DNA from: a virus
Taxonomy: Duplodnaviria; Heunggongvirae; Uroviricota; Caudoviricetes
Strand: one strand, 5' to 3'
IMG/VR virus record: IMGVR_UViG_3300029288_000054
Span: 134,607-198,606 of that record
DNA length: 64,000 nucleotides
The position numbers were made by a program, and so were the translations under genes. The notes under the pieces were generated by a model. It did not search any database, had not been told where the DNA came from, and saw only the letters and a list, made by a program, of their open reading frames with translations. Of the stretch, positions 17,072 to 26,301 are shown piece by piece. Each line of letters starts with the position of its first letter. Position 1 is the stretch's first letter.

Positions 17072-18295
17072 CTAGCTTTCGCTCGTGGGTGGAATGTCCG
17101 ACACGTCGGTGAACCAGTCGGCGAATTGCTCCTTCGATTCCTTGCTCCCCTCCAAGTCGTACTCGCTGCTCACGAAGTTGCCGACCTCTGCTTGGAGCAG
17201 ACGGCCATTCTTCACTTCGCAGTGATGCGTGGCGACCTCGGTCGTGAAGTTCAGCAAGTCGTACATCGAGCAGTGAGCCGGGAGTTGCTGCATCTTCTTG
17301 CGGCTGAGCGCGTCCAAATGCGTCAAGCCGTAGATCGAGCAGAGGTCGCCAGTCATGCCAGCATAAGCCCGCATGATGCGAACCGTTTGTGCCGACGTCT
17401 TGGAACCCTCCGGGGTTCCGGTGTCGCCGATCACAGCCTCACGACGAGTGGCGAAGCGATTGACGAGCTTCGCACCCTCGGTCGGCTCCTGCAGGAACAT
17501 TCCCTTCTCGGCCATCTTGGCGAGAACTTTGTAGACGCGGTTGCACTCGGCAATCGACGCCCACGATTGGGTGGCCTTCTCGAATCGCTGCCGCAGATCA
17601 GAGTAGCCCTCTTCGTTGCTGAACGAGTCGAGTGCACGTTCGAGCGAGAAGATGACGTTGGCGTTCTGATTGTCGCCGCGACCCATCGAGATTTCGCTTC
17701 GGAAGCCACGGCTGTAGCCGATCATTCCGTTGCTGCAGACCTGCCGCAAGAGCGACAAGTAAATCAGTGGAGAGCCGAAACCGTCGATGGGAGTCTCCAG
17801 GACGTACTGGTGAGCGAAACCGTCACCAGCAATCTTGAAATCCGCCATGTGGTTCGGCGTGTGCGTCGAACGCACGATACCACCGCTGTAATCGATGGTG
17901 AGAGCATTGAAGCGGCTCAACGTCTCGTTGATTCGCTCGTAGGGAATCACCGGTTTCGAGGGGAGCGTGACTGCCAGGATGTTGCCGGGAGTCGTGCCCT
18001 TGTCCTCGAAGGTGAAACGGATACGAGCCTTGTCGTCGCCGCCCAGGACGTCCGTCAAGCGTTGCAGCACTTCTTGGTGGCTGAACAGTTTGAAGACCTT
18101 CGTGGAGAGTCCATGGGTGCTGTAGGTGGAGCAGAGCGACGTCCAGAATCGACTGGTCGGATAGAACTTCCGATCTTCGATGCTAAGGCATTGGACGACA
18201 CCCTTCTCGCCGACCTCCTCGATCTTGATGGCTCGGAGAGGAGCCGTGGAGTACTCGATCTTCGGGGCCGGTTTCGCAATCGCAGTCGCAGTCAT
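17072..18295 (-). CDS. DUF932 family protein
   Basis: LLRQVCSNGMIG motif; 407 aa; own promoter (-10 at 18339-18344). Confidence 0.65.
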   Translation of the reverse strand: MTATAIAKPAPKIEYSTAPLRAIKIEEVGEKGVVQCLSIEDRKFYPTSRFWTSLCSTYSTHGLSTKVFKLFSHQEVLQRLTDVLGGDDKARIRFTFEDKGTTPGNILAVTLPSKPVIPYERINETLSRFNALTIDYSGGIVRSTHTPNHMADFKIAGDGFAHQYVLETPIDGFGSPLIYLSLLRQVCSNGMIGYSRGFRSEISMGRGDNQNANVIFSLERALDSFSNEEGYSDLRQRFEKATQSWASIAECNRVYKVLAKMAEKGMFLQEPTEGAKLVNRFATRREAVIGDTGTPEGSKTSAQTVRIMRAYAGMTGDLCSIYGLTHLDALSRKKMQQLPAHCSMYDLLNFTTEVATHHCEVKNGRLLQAEVGNFVSSEYDLEGSKESKEQFADWFTDVSDIPPTSES

Positions 18296-18447
18296 GTGTG
18301 TTCCTCGTAGAAAAAGGTACAGGTTTCGAGTCTACCCAGTTATAGCACGGCGGGCAGCAATGGTTAATCGAAATCCAGTGGATTTCCCTCCACCGGTATT
18401 TTCAAATACGTTCATATGGCTTCCTATGAGTCGGGAAATAGTGAGGT

Positions 18448-19659
18448 CTAGTGAATGATGGCTCCGCCACCGAAGTTACCCACCCATCCGTGGGGCGGAT
18501 TGTCGAGTCCACTATCGTCTCGACGCGGGAGTCCACTTTCCGTGGTATGATCAACGCGGCCATCGTCCCGCTGCGGGCGACGTCGCCGACCTTTCGCCAT
18601 TCTCTTGACGAGTCCAGCAGGCATTTCGGTCTTTGTATGGGCCAGGGTGATGCAGACTCGCATCGACACCTTCTCGATGGCTTCACTCTGTGCATAGCTC
18701 CGCCATTCGTTCTCCTCCGGTAGCCAGACGGATGCATGGGCCGGTGCGGCAGTCCGCTGGATTGGCCAATGAGTCAGTTTACTCTGAACGATTTGCTTGA
18801 ACTGGATACCCGGATGGATACGGAACACGCGACCGCACATCTGGATGGTTGGACCTCGCTGCGAGTCACGTACAAAAACGGTCTTGAGCGACGGCGAATC
18901 GAATCCCTCAGTGAGAATCTGCATGTTCACAAGGCACTTCACTTCGCCAGACTCGAATCGGGCGAGTTGGTCGTCGCGATCAGTACTGGCAGTGACCAAC
19001 TCTGTCCGGACACCAGCGGCATTGAGTCGCAGTGTGCATTCGAGAGCGTGTTCGTAGGTGAACCAGTAGAACACGCTCTTGCCCCAACGCTCCGGCTCAC
19101 GGAGGTAGCAATCGACGACGCTATCGACGTCCCAACTCGGAATCGTGTATTGGTGGTAGGGCGACAGATAGCCAAGCTGAATGAGTTGGTGGATGCCGAT
19201 GTCTCGGATGATCTTGTCGAAGCTAAGCCGCATCCGATCAGTGCGGAAGGGTGTAGCCGTCATTCCAAGAATCCATTTCGGTCGCACGACGTTATAAATG
19301 TTCGTCATGCTCCCAGCCGGGTCGTGTTGGCTCTCATCCAGCACGATGATTCGGATAGGACGACCGAACTGGTCGTGCGTTGGTGGATTACGGTTGAACA
19401 TCGAGAATGGAACGATTTGCGCTCCGACGCCCAGCTTCTCATTCTCGACGATGATTTGCTTGAGCAGATTACGACGCATCGCAACCCAAGCGGCACCGAC
19501 ATTATGCTGCTCTTGGAGACGCTTCACAATGTCGAGTCCCATGAAGGACTTGCCCGATCCTGTGGGCGAGTTGAGCAGAACAGACTTGAAACCGTGATTG
19601 AAAAGATGAACGGTCTTGTCTATGAGCCGAACTTGATAATCCCGAACTTCTGCTACCAT
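18448..19659 (-). CDS. superfamily 2 DExD/H helicase
   Basis: SPTGSGKS, IIVLDESQH, MTATP, TEGFD and QMCGRVFR motifs. Confidence 0.92.
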   Translation of the reverse strand: MVAEVRDYQVRLIDKTVHLFNHGFKSVLLNSPTGSGKSFMGLDIVKRLQEQHNVGAAWVAMRRNLLKQIIVENEKLGVGAQIVPFSMFNRNPPTHDQFGRPIRIIVLDESQHDPAGSMTNIYNVVRPKWILGMTATPFRTDRMRLSFDKIIRDIGIHQLIQLGYLSPYHQYTIPSWDVDSVVDCYLREPERWGKSVFYWFTYEHALECTLRLNAAGVRTELVTASTDRDDQLARFESGEVKCLVNMQILTEGFDSPSLKTVFVRDSQRGPTIQMCGRVFRIHPGIQFKQIVQSKLTHWPIQRTAAPAHASVWLPEENEWRSYAQSEAIEKVSMRVCITLAHTKTEMPAGLVKRMAKGRRRRPQRDDGRVDHTTESGLPRRDDSGLDNPPHGWVGNFGGGAIIH

Positions 19660-19807
19660 GATAATCCTGTGTGTCAGCGAGGTGGTTGGTGGTTCCTTAC
19701 CGGGTTATAGCACGAATCTAGGTCCGGCTTAACCATGCCACGCTGCAAAGATAGCGAAGACCGCTATTTCTATCTACGGTTAAATACACCACTACTAGGG
19801 TGATTCA

Positions 19808-20011
19808 ATGAAGTGCTTCGACAAACTCCTCCAGGATTTTGTTAGTGCGGCACGATCCGGTCAAGTCCTAGAGCCTACCACAGAGACGCAGCGACGAGTC
19901 ATGCACGTTCTAGCCAAAAAGGCTGCCGACCAAGGGATCGAGCTAGATGGATTCGAGATTAGGGAGCTATCGCCGACAAACGGCCATAGCCGACAACTCG
20001 TTTTCACCTAG
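19808..20011 (+). CDS. hypothetical protein
   Basis: 67-aa ORF. Confidence 0.5.
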   Translation: MKCFDKLLQDFVSAARSGQVLEPTTETQRRVMHVLAKKAADQGIELDGFEIRELSPTNGHSRQLVFT

Positions 20012-20156
20012 CCTTGCTCGTCTCCAATACACGGACACTGCTGCCGTTGTACATCTCACGGGCTAGCCGCGCAGCGGCACCGGCGTCATTGGCGTCGATG
20101 CGAACTTGAGTGTTGCGTCCTTCAACGATCAGCTTTACGACATACGTGGTCATCAT
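20004..20156 (-). CDS. 50-aa hypothetical protein
   Basis: Manual translation MMTTYVVKLIVEGRNTQVRIDANDAGAAARLAREMY...; GGAGA RBS; downstream of the tRNA-like RNA. Confidence 0.65.
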   Translation of the reverse strand: MMTTYVVKLIVEGRNTQVRIDANDAGAAARLAREMYNGSSVRVLETSKAR

Positions 20157-20186
20157 AGTCTCCAAAAGGTTTCCAAGGTGGAAATG

Positions 20187-20276
20187 AGAGCGGGTCGGGA
20201 CTCACTAGGTGCTCACCCGAATTACCGGACCTTAGTAGTACCAGTCCGGCGTTCTTGGCCGTTGAACTACCCGCCC
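20187..20276 (-). ncRNA. tRNA-like RNA with enlarged anticodon and T loops
   Basis: GGGCGGG-TA-GTTC AACGGCCAA GAAC-G-CCGGAC TGGTACTACTAAG GTCCGG-TAAT-TCGGG TGAGCACCTAGTGAGT CCCGA-CCCGCTC-T; starts at the promoter +1. Confidence 0.7.
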
Positions 20277-20281
20277 ACCTT

Positions 20282-20310
20282 ATTATAGCACCGGTGGGCC
20301 GAGTTGTTAA
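20282..20310 (-). promoter_or_regulatory. phage promoter for the tRNA-like RNA
   Basis: TTAACA-17-TATAAT; RNA G1 follows 5 nt later. Confidence 0.75.
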
Positions 20311-20594
20311 GTTAAGCCAGCGACAACCATGTCATAGATCTCGTCACGCATGTTTTCCCAGTGGGGGTCGCCGGGTTCGAACACGGCATCTTCGATCTGC
20401 GTGATGATCCAGTCAGAAGCATCGAGAGATTGGCCTCTGTTGTAGTCGGGGAATAGTTCGTAAGCTTGCTCGAATAGGCCAGAGGGGACGACCACTTCTT
20501 GGTAGAATTCCTCTGGATCGGTGATACGCTGAGCGGCCAGTAACCTGCGGGCACTGTGGCTCCAATGCCTCTGATCGTCTTCGTGAGTATTCAT
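20307..20594 (-). CDS. hypothetical protein
   Basis: GGAGG RBS and promoter (-10 at 20610-20615) before MNTHEDDQ. Confidence 0.7.
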   Translation of the reverse strand: MNTHEDDQRHWSHSARRLLAAQRITDPEEFYQEVVVPSGLFEQAYELFPDYNRGQSLDASDWIITQIEDAVFEPGDPHWENMRDEIYDMVVAGLT

Positions 20595-20704
20595 CGTGTC
20601 CTCCAGGTCGTTATAGCACGAGCTACGGTAGTGTTTGATAAAAACAACCAGCGGCACGACCGAGGATGTCGTGCCGCTGGTACCCCAAGGAGGAACCACC
20701 CACC

Positions 20705-21451
20705 CTAGACCTGAATCGACCGCACGCAAGCCGTCCCTGCGGCGTCATAGAATTGCGCGATCTTCGCCGCGTCCGAACCGCACAACACCGCGATGCGATC
20801 GAGCGTATTCGGCTCCAAGTACGTCTTGACGACGCTCTTGATGAGCGAATCTTTCTGATCTTGGCTCAACCGGGCTTCGGTGGCCATGATCTTGTTGATG
20901 AGTTCGCAGACGATCTCGAACACGGTGTGCTCTTTGTCGTTCGCGGCCTGCTGCTCCATCGTCGTCGTATCGAAGAAGAACATCTGTTTCTCATGGACGA
21001 CCTTCGCCGCTCCGTCCTCGCCGAGAAGTTCCTTGAATAAGGCGACTTGCTCTTCGCTGATCGGATTCTGCTGGGATTTGTCGGCCATCACGTACGTGAC
21101 CGATTCGCCGTTGTGGTTGACGACGCTGACGGGGGTCGTCGGCGGTACGCCCAGCTTGGCATAGAGCTTGACGACTTCCGATTGGGCGAAGGTCTTCAGC
21201 TTGGTTTTCGCAAGCGTTCCCTTCGTCGCTGCGGTCTTTTCCTCCGCCTTGGCTTCGATGGCGGCAGTGACGGACTCGTTCAGGATCTTCGATTCCCCGA
21301 TGAGCTTGCCTTCGGCGTCCAACTCCTTCGGGAGTGCGATGATCGTCCCCTTCTCTTTCTTCGGGGCGGATGCAGCTTTCTTTGCTGCGGCGGCGAAGAG
21401 GTTGGTGGGGGCTGCGGCTTTCGCAACGGATTCGGATTTCTTCTTAGCCAT
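20705..21451 (-). CDS. hypothetical protein with Lys/Ala-rich N-terminus
   Basis: 248 aa; AGGAG RBS; long repeated leader. Confidence 0.8.
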   Translation of the reverse strand: MAKKKSESVAKAAAPTNLFAAAAKKAASAPKKEKGTIIALPKELDAEGKLIGESKILNESVTAAIEAKAEEKTAATKGTLAKTKLKTFAQSEVVKLYAKLGVPPTTPVSVVNHNGESVTYVMADKSQQNPISEEQVALFKELLGEDGAAKVVHEKQMFFFDTTTMEQQAANDKEHTVFEIVCELINKIMATEARLSQDQKDSLIKSVVKTYLEPNTLDRIAVLCGSDAAKIAQFYDAAGTACVRSIQV

Positions 21452-21488
21452 GACTAGAACTCTCCTCGTCGTGGTTCAGTACGACGTG

Positions 21489-21626
21489 CCTGTGTCCCCT
21501 TCTGAGGGACCGCCCTTGGTTCAGGTCGGCGTAACCTGTGCTCTTTTTAGGAGCCGCCCTTGGTTCAGGTCGGCGTAACCTGTGTCCCTTTCGGGGACCG
21601 CCATTGAAAAAGGTCGGCGTAACCTT
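21489..21626 (-). repeat. three ~44-nt tandem units (pseudoknot plus hairpin) in a 5' leader
   Basis: AGGTTACGCCGACCT-N8-GGCG-hairpin-AC occurs three times, with periods of 46 and 44 nt. Confidence 0.85.
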
Positions 21627-21634
21627 GGTATTTT

Positions 21635-21663
21635 GTTATAGCACGAGAGGCGTAGGTCATTAA
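21635..21663 (-). promoter_or_regulatory. phage promoter
   Basis: TTAATG-17-TATAAC, CGTGC. Confidence 0.75.
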
Positions 21664-21926
21664 CTCTCGCTGCATTTGTTGCATCGTGGAGCGGATGCGG
21701 TATAGATGCCGCAAAACTCACAGGAGTACTCCTTGTCTCCAGGGTGCTCACGAACCCACTTACAAACACAGTCGAAACCCATCTGCGGATTACCGCACGT
21801 GCAAACACCAATAAAATCGTCGTTATTCATAAGAGCATCCGGGCTGAATCGAACAGCCATTTCCCTTTTGGGGTGTCCTGAAAGAATTTCGAATCCTCCC
21901 AAGGCTGCATGCAACGCCCATGCCAT
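21660..21926 (-). CDS. Cys-rich hypothetical protein
   Basis: CTC, CVC, CEFC and CNKC; start uncertain. Confidence 0.5.
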   Translation of the reverse strand: MAWALHAALGGFEILSGHPKREMAVRFSPDALMNNDDFIGVCTCGNPQMGFDCVCKWVREHPGDKEYSCEFCGIYTASAPRCNKCSES

Positions 21927-21944
21927 TTGGACGACGGATGCGTT

Positions 21945-22214
21945 TTACTCCTCTTCATGCAACTTCTTGATGGCGAACTGTATGTCTTTCTCCGTGACTC
22001 GCTTTACCCCTTCGAGCTTGCGATAGATCACGTAAAAAGTGAACATGAAGCCCTCGACCTCGATATCTAGAACGCTGCAATGCGAATCCGGATTCTTCTT
22101 GGTCGTGTCGCGGACTTCTTCGAGATAGTCGATGAGATCACACACCTTGACACGTCCGCCGTCAAAGCTGATCTCAAGCAGTATCTCAACCTTCGGTTTT
22201 CTTTGCTTGGCCAT
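21945..22214 (-). CDS. hypothetical protein
   Basis: 89-aa ORF overlapping the previous stop. Confidence 0.65.
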   Translation of the reverse strand: MAKQRKPKVEILLEISFDGGRVKVCDLIDYLEEVRDTTKKNPDSHCSVLDIEVEGFMFTFYVIYRKLEGVKRVTEKDIQFAIKKLHEEE

Positions 22215-22588
22215 CAGTACCGCCTTTCGATCTGCTCTTCGTTGTCGCTGCGGATCGATCCGTCGTAATTGGTCTTCAAGTAGAAGCTGTCTGTAATGAG
22301 CGTAATCGTCTTGCTCATCGAGTGGTCGACACCTTCCAGCATCTTGGTGATGTCTCGCTGCTTATCGCCACGCCTGCGGAAATACTCTGCGGCTGCTTCC
22401 TTGGTCATTGCTCGTCGCACGTTGACACGACACCGTGCCGTATCGTAGCGATGGACGTCGACGGCATGGAGATCGACCGGCCTGCCTAATCTGGCGAGGA
22501 CTTGTTCCTCCGTCAGTTTCGTTGGCAGCTTGACCGGCTTCTCTTCCGGTGCATCTTTAGACGTCCTTCGTGGCTTCGTTGCTGTCAT
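22214..22588 (-). CDS. hypothetical protein
   Basis: AGGAG RBS; promoter -10 at 22619-22624. Confidence 0.7.
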   Translation of the reverse strand: MTATKPRRTSKDAPEEKPVKLPTKLTEEQVLARLGRPVDLHAVDVHRYDTARCRVNVRRAMTKEAAAEYFRRRGDKQRDITKMLEGVDHSMSKTITLITDSFYLKTNYDGSIRSDNEEQIERRY

Positions 22589-22747
22589 ATCAGCTCCTGC
22601 TGTGGTTGGTGATGCTTGGTTATAGCACCATATATATCAGCGGTTAATCCCGATTGGCTGCGTTGATATGCACCTGCCTTTTAAATACGTCGCCAGGAAT
22701 TAATTCCACATGGCTCTCGTGCTATAACAAAGCAGGAGGAACCACAA

Positions 22748-22891
22748 ATGGTCCAGCTTGACGAAAACCAACTCGCCGAAATCATCATCCCTCTTTGCCC
22801 TTGGTGCGAAGAGCCTCTAACCGGTCGCTCTGACGGTGGATTGCACGAATCTTGTGCGGCGGAACTTGCGGAGGCTTTTCAAGATGCCTAA
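22748..22891 (+). CDS. 47-aa zinc-binding microprotein
   Basis: GGAGG RBS and promoter -10 at 22723-22728; CPWC...HESC. Confidence 0.65.
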   Translation: MVQLDENQLAEIIIPLCPWCEEPLTGRSDGGLHESCAAELAEAFQDA

Positions 22892-23057
22892 TTTTAGCAA
22901 ATGCTGCGATCACGACGAGTATATCTGTCAGGTCTGTGGCAAGTCGAAGTGCAGTAAATGCCACCCACCTGTCTGGGTGGATGGCAGAGGCAACGTCTGC
23001 TCTGAATGCCAGAGAAAGTCTGCAGAAGGCAGAAACACCAATCCTGAGAGTATCTGA
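22884..23057 (+). CDS. 57-aa Cys-rich zinc-finger protein
   Basis: CC...CQVC...CSKC...CSEC; overlaps the previous stop. Confidence 0.6.
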   Translation: MPNFSKCCDHDEYICQVCGKSKCSKCHPPVWVDGRGNVCSECQRKSAEGRNTNPESI

Positions 23058-23118
23058 ACTCCAGGTAGCTATTAACGCCACGACAGTGCCGTGCTATAAT
23101 ACGGTACAGGAGAAACAC

Positions 23119-25176
23119 ATGGACAAGAACAAGTTAGCACAACTTCGCTCGGCGATCGATCGGGCGGCACAACTTTACTACACGCCCGGTTGCGAATCGC
23201 CAGTCACCGACGACGAATTCGAAGCGATGATGGGCGAACTGCGGGAAGTAGCTCCGGATGATTTCCGGCTGACCCGCGTCGGTACACCGTTCTCACCAGA
23301 GGATATGAGAGAGAAGCGGACGCACTCGATTCCCATGGGGTCGCTCGACAACACCGATGGCGGCATCAGCGGGTTTGCGTCGTGGTACGACAAAACGTGT
23401 GCTCTACTCGGCGTCGATAGTTTCGCCGTCAACGCTTCCTTGAAGATGGACGGCAACAGCGTTGCGTTGAGTTATTTCGAAGGCGAGTTTGTTGAAGCGA
23501 TCAGCCGTGGCAATGGTGAGATTGGTGAATCGCTCACAGCCAACGCTGTAAAGTGGATGGGCGTCCCGACTTGCTTGCCCGTCACATTTACTGGCACGAT
23601 TCGCGGTGAAGCGATCCTATATAAGTGCTGGTTTGATGCGATGAAGGAGAACGACCCGACACTCACCAATCCCAGGAACGTCGGCAGCGGCATCCTCGGT
23701 CGCACAGATGGTACACAGAGTGAGTCAATCAACTTCGTCGCTTTCAACCTCGTCGACCCCAAAGCGAGTTTCTCGTCACTGAGCACGAAGTTCAAGGTTC
23801 TGAGCAAGCTTGGCTTCAACCCTGTGCAGCACATCGTCATCAGCGGCACTCGCGATGAAGTCATCAAATCGTTCGAGGACTACTTCGCTGAAATCGAATC
23901 CAGACGCCCCACATTGCCGTTTGAGATTGATGGCGTCGTGGTGATGGTCGATGGCATTCCGGCCCAGAGGTCGATCACGAAGGACCGTAAGGACGAGCTA
24001 CGACCGAAGTACGGTCGGGCTGTGAAGTTCGTCACTGCCAAAGCGCAAACCACAGTGACCGGCGTCACGATCACCATGGGCCACACCGGCTCCATCATCC
24101 CAACAGCGATCTTGGAACCAGTATTCGTCGGTGGTGTCACCGTCACCAACGTCCTACTCAACAACTGGAATGTAGACAGCGAAGCTCCGTCAGCCGCTCA
24201 TGTCGCCATTGGTGACACCGTTGAGATTGCCAGACAAGGCGACGTCATCCCGAAGATCGTCCGAGTCGTCGATCGTCCAGCCGATCGTCAGCCGATTGAA
24301 GAGCCGAAGGTATGCCCCGTTTGCGGCTCACCGACGACCAGAATGCTCCGAGACAAAGAAGGCGTCGTCACTTATTGCACGAATTCCGACTGCGGTGGCG
24401 CATCGGTTCGCAAAATCAAGCATTACATCGGCGACTCCGACAAGGGTGCGGGCATCATGGGCGTCGGCGATAGCATCCTCGAAGCTCTTACGAGCAGCGG
24501 ACTCGTCAGCACACCCGGCGATCTGTATCGGCTCAAGGCCGAACAGTTGGTCGATTTGCAGATCGGTACAAGCAAGAGCGGCACACCGATTCGGCTCGGC
24601 GACAGTAGAACCGCCAACCTACTCGCAGAGATCGAGAAGTCCAAACAGCTTCCGCTCACCAGATTCCTCGGTGGTCTCGGCATCTCGCTGCTTGGTCGGC
24701 GTCGTGTTGAGATCGTCGCCAAAGAGCAAGGGCTGACGACTCTTGAGGATTGGCTGAATGAAGAGAAGCTTGCTGCAATCCCCGGTGATGTGACGCGAAA
24801 GACGATCATCGAAGGGCTGCAGAAGGTGCGTCCCGTCATCGACGACCTGCTCTCTGTTGGCATCGTCGTCTCGCCGGTCGTCCCCATCGAAATCCTGGAG
24901 ACTACAACCATTGCGACAGCCGATGACGGCGTGATTGGCCCCAAGCAGATTGCTGGATCAACATTCTGCTTCACTGGCACGCGTGACTACCTTGATGAGG
25001 TTGTTGCTAAGGGTGGTATCATCAAGAGTGGCGTGAGCAAAGGACTCAACTACTTGGTCCAGAAAGATGCGACGTCATCGTCCGGCAAGACCATGAAGGC
25101 TGAAGCACTCGGCACGAAGATCATCAGCCTTGATTGTCTGCGTGAAGTCCTTGATGGCCTTCGAGAACTGCCTTAA
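23119..25176 (+). CDS. ligA: NAD-dependent DNA ligase
   Basis: SLKMDG adenylation lysine, RGE, NPRN, EIDGVV, OB fold (RQGDVIPKI), CPVC..CTNSDC zinc finger, HhH and BRCT; promoter and AGGAG RBS before ATG 23119. Confidence 0.97.
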   Translation: MDKNKLAQLRSAIDRAAQLYYTPGCESPVTDDEFEAMMGELREVAPDDFRLTRVGTPFSPEDMREKRTHSIPMGSLDNTDGGISGFASWYDKTCALLGVDSFAVNASLKMDGNSVALSYFEGEFVEAISRGNGEIGESLTANAVKWMGVPTCLPVTFTGTIRGEAILYKCWFDAMKENDPTLTNPRNVGSGILGRTDGTQSESINFVAFNLVDPKASFSSLSTKFKVLSKLGFNPVQHIVISGTRDEVIKSFEDYFAEIESRRPTLPFEIDGVVVMVDGIPAQRSITKDRKDELRPKYGRAVKFVTAKAQTTVTGVTITMGHTGSIIPTAILEPVFVGGVTVTNVLLNNWNVDSEAPSAAHVAIGDTVEIARQGDVIPKIVRVVDRPADRQPIEEPKVCPVCGSPTTRMLRDKEGVVTYCTNSDCGGASVRKIKHYIGDSDKGAGIMGVGDSILEALTSSGLVSTPGDLYRLKAEQLVDLQIGTSKSGTPIRLGDSRTANLLAEIEKSKQLPLTRFLGGLGISLLGRRRVEIVAKEQGLTTLEDWLNEEKLAAIPGDVTRKTIIEGLQKVRPVIDDLLSVGIVVSPVVPIEILETTTIATADDGVIGPKQIAGSTFCFTGTRDYLDEVVAKGGIIKSGVSKGLNYLVQKDATSSSGKTMKAEALGTKIISLDCLREVLDGLRELP

Positions 25177-25182
25177 GCTCGG

Positions 25183-25211
25183 TTAATACTAAGGTGCCTT
25201 CCTGCTATAAC
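25183..25211 (+). promoter_or_regulatory. phage promoter
   Basis: TTAATA-17-TATAAC. Confidence 0.75.
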
Positions 25212-25230
25212 TAGGTAGGAGGACACACAG

Positions 25231-25728
25231 ATGTCGAAATACCGAGTTTGCAAATGCTGCGGTCAGAAGGTGCATCCCAGAATCCACTGCTACTACAGCG
25301 GTGATGGCTGCTTGTCACTGAACTGGGTCTATGGTAAGGACGAGATGACGACAGCCGACCGCAAGGTAACAAAAGCCCAGGCCCAACGTTATCTGATGCG
25401 GAAGGAGAACAAACACCTATTCGACCGCAACTGGCTGCCTATTCTCATCAATAGTCGATGGAAGCTTGCCCGCTATGTGAAGCGGACCGGACCGGACCGG
25501 CTCAACATCAGCGGCCACGTTTTCTACTACAGCGGCGTCAAGATGAAGGATGGCCGTATTTGGGATTGCGATCTCAAAGTCACGTTCAAGATGCGGGTCA
25601 AGGGCAAGCTCGTTGAACACGAAATGCAGAACATCAGCATTCGTGGCGAGATTCGCTTCTTCCTTGAGAACGAGGCGATTCTCAAACCGCAATTCAAGGG
25701 CTTCAAACCGGTCAAGGGAGAAATTTGA
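25231..25728 (+). CDS. hypothetical basic protein
   Basis: Promoter and AGGAGG RBS. Confidence 0.75.
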   Translation: MSKYRVCKCCGQKVHPRIHCYYSGDGCLSLNWVYGKDEMTTADRKVTKAQAQRYLMRKENKHLFDRNWLPILINSRWKLARYVKRTGPDRLNISGHVFYYSGVKMKDGRIWDCDLKVTFKMRVKGKLVEHEMQNISIRGEIRFFLENEAILKPQFKGFKPVKGEI

Positions 25729-26036
25729 TGAGTTTGCATCACTACAAACAGTACTCGCTGGTTAAGAAGGACGATTACAGCCCCGTCTATTACAACGCGG
25801 GCGGCGAAGACGAGACGGTGCCCATTACTTGTTCGTCTATCGAGGGCTTGATCGGCATGATAGCCGATTGGATGGACGTTGCCGAATCGACCGTCCTGGA
25901 CACCATGGATGAAGGCGAATTGGCCGATTACAAGATCGTCCGAGAGGAGATCGAAACGTGGGATCTCAACCCCGACGACGAGACCGAAATCCAGAAGATG
26001 AAGGATGGGGCCGACGAGCGGGAAGCACTAGGTTAA
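25725..26036 (+). CDS. acidic hypothetical protein
   Basis: Overlaps the previous stop. Confidence 0.7.
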   Translation: MMSLHHYKQYSLVKKDDYSPVYYNAGGEDETVPITCSSIEGLIGMIADWMDVAESTVLDTMDEGELADYKIVREEIETWDLNPDDETEIQKMKDGADEREALG

Positions 26037-26082
26037 GGCATGGCACCAGTCGTGCTATAACTAGTTACAGGAGAACCACACA

Positions 26083-26301
26083 ATGTTTCAAGATCGAGTC
26101 GACCACACCATCAAGTCCAGCGATCTGGACGACCGTAGTAAGGACATCTGCCGCGTCGTGGTAGAGAATGACAAGGGAGAGCGCGGGATTGCGTTCCTTG
26201 CCGTCCAAATCGTCCGTGGGCGTCCCAAGTTTACGCTCACCACAAAGAAGCACCGAGGAAAAGAAACCATCACAGGAGCAGTCGCAGACTGGGTTATTTG
26301 A
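26083..26301 (+). CDS. hypothetical protein
   Basis: Promoter -10 at 26056-26061 and AGGAG RBS. Confidence 0.7.
   Translation: MFQDRVDHTIKSSDLDDRSKDICRVVVENDKGERGIAFLAVQIVRGRPKFTLTTKKHRGKETITGAVADWVI

Noticed and set aside
18381-18438. Three-way junction after the helicase as a ribozyme
   Set aside because: No hammerhead, HDV or twister core; more likely a 3' end structure.
16733-19710. Long plus-strand ORFs 16733..18310 and 18736..19710
   Set aside because: They are antisense shadows of GC-rich genes (tRNA, DUF932, helicase) with no motifs or signals.
21489-21626. Mini CRISPR array
   Set aside because: The variable parts are only about 15 nt and are self-complementary hairpins, there are no cas genes, and the array sits between a promoter and an RBS.
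22852-23118. N-terminal extension of the DNA ligase in the ORF track
   Set aside because: A promoter and RBS precede ATG 23119, and the extension overlaps two better small ORFs.
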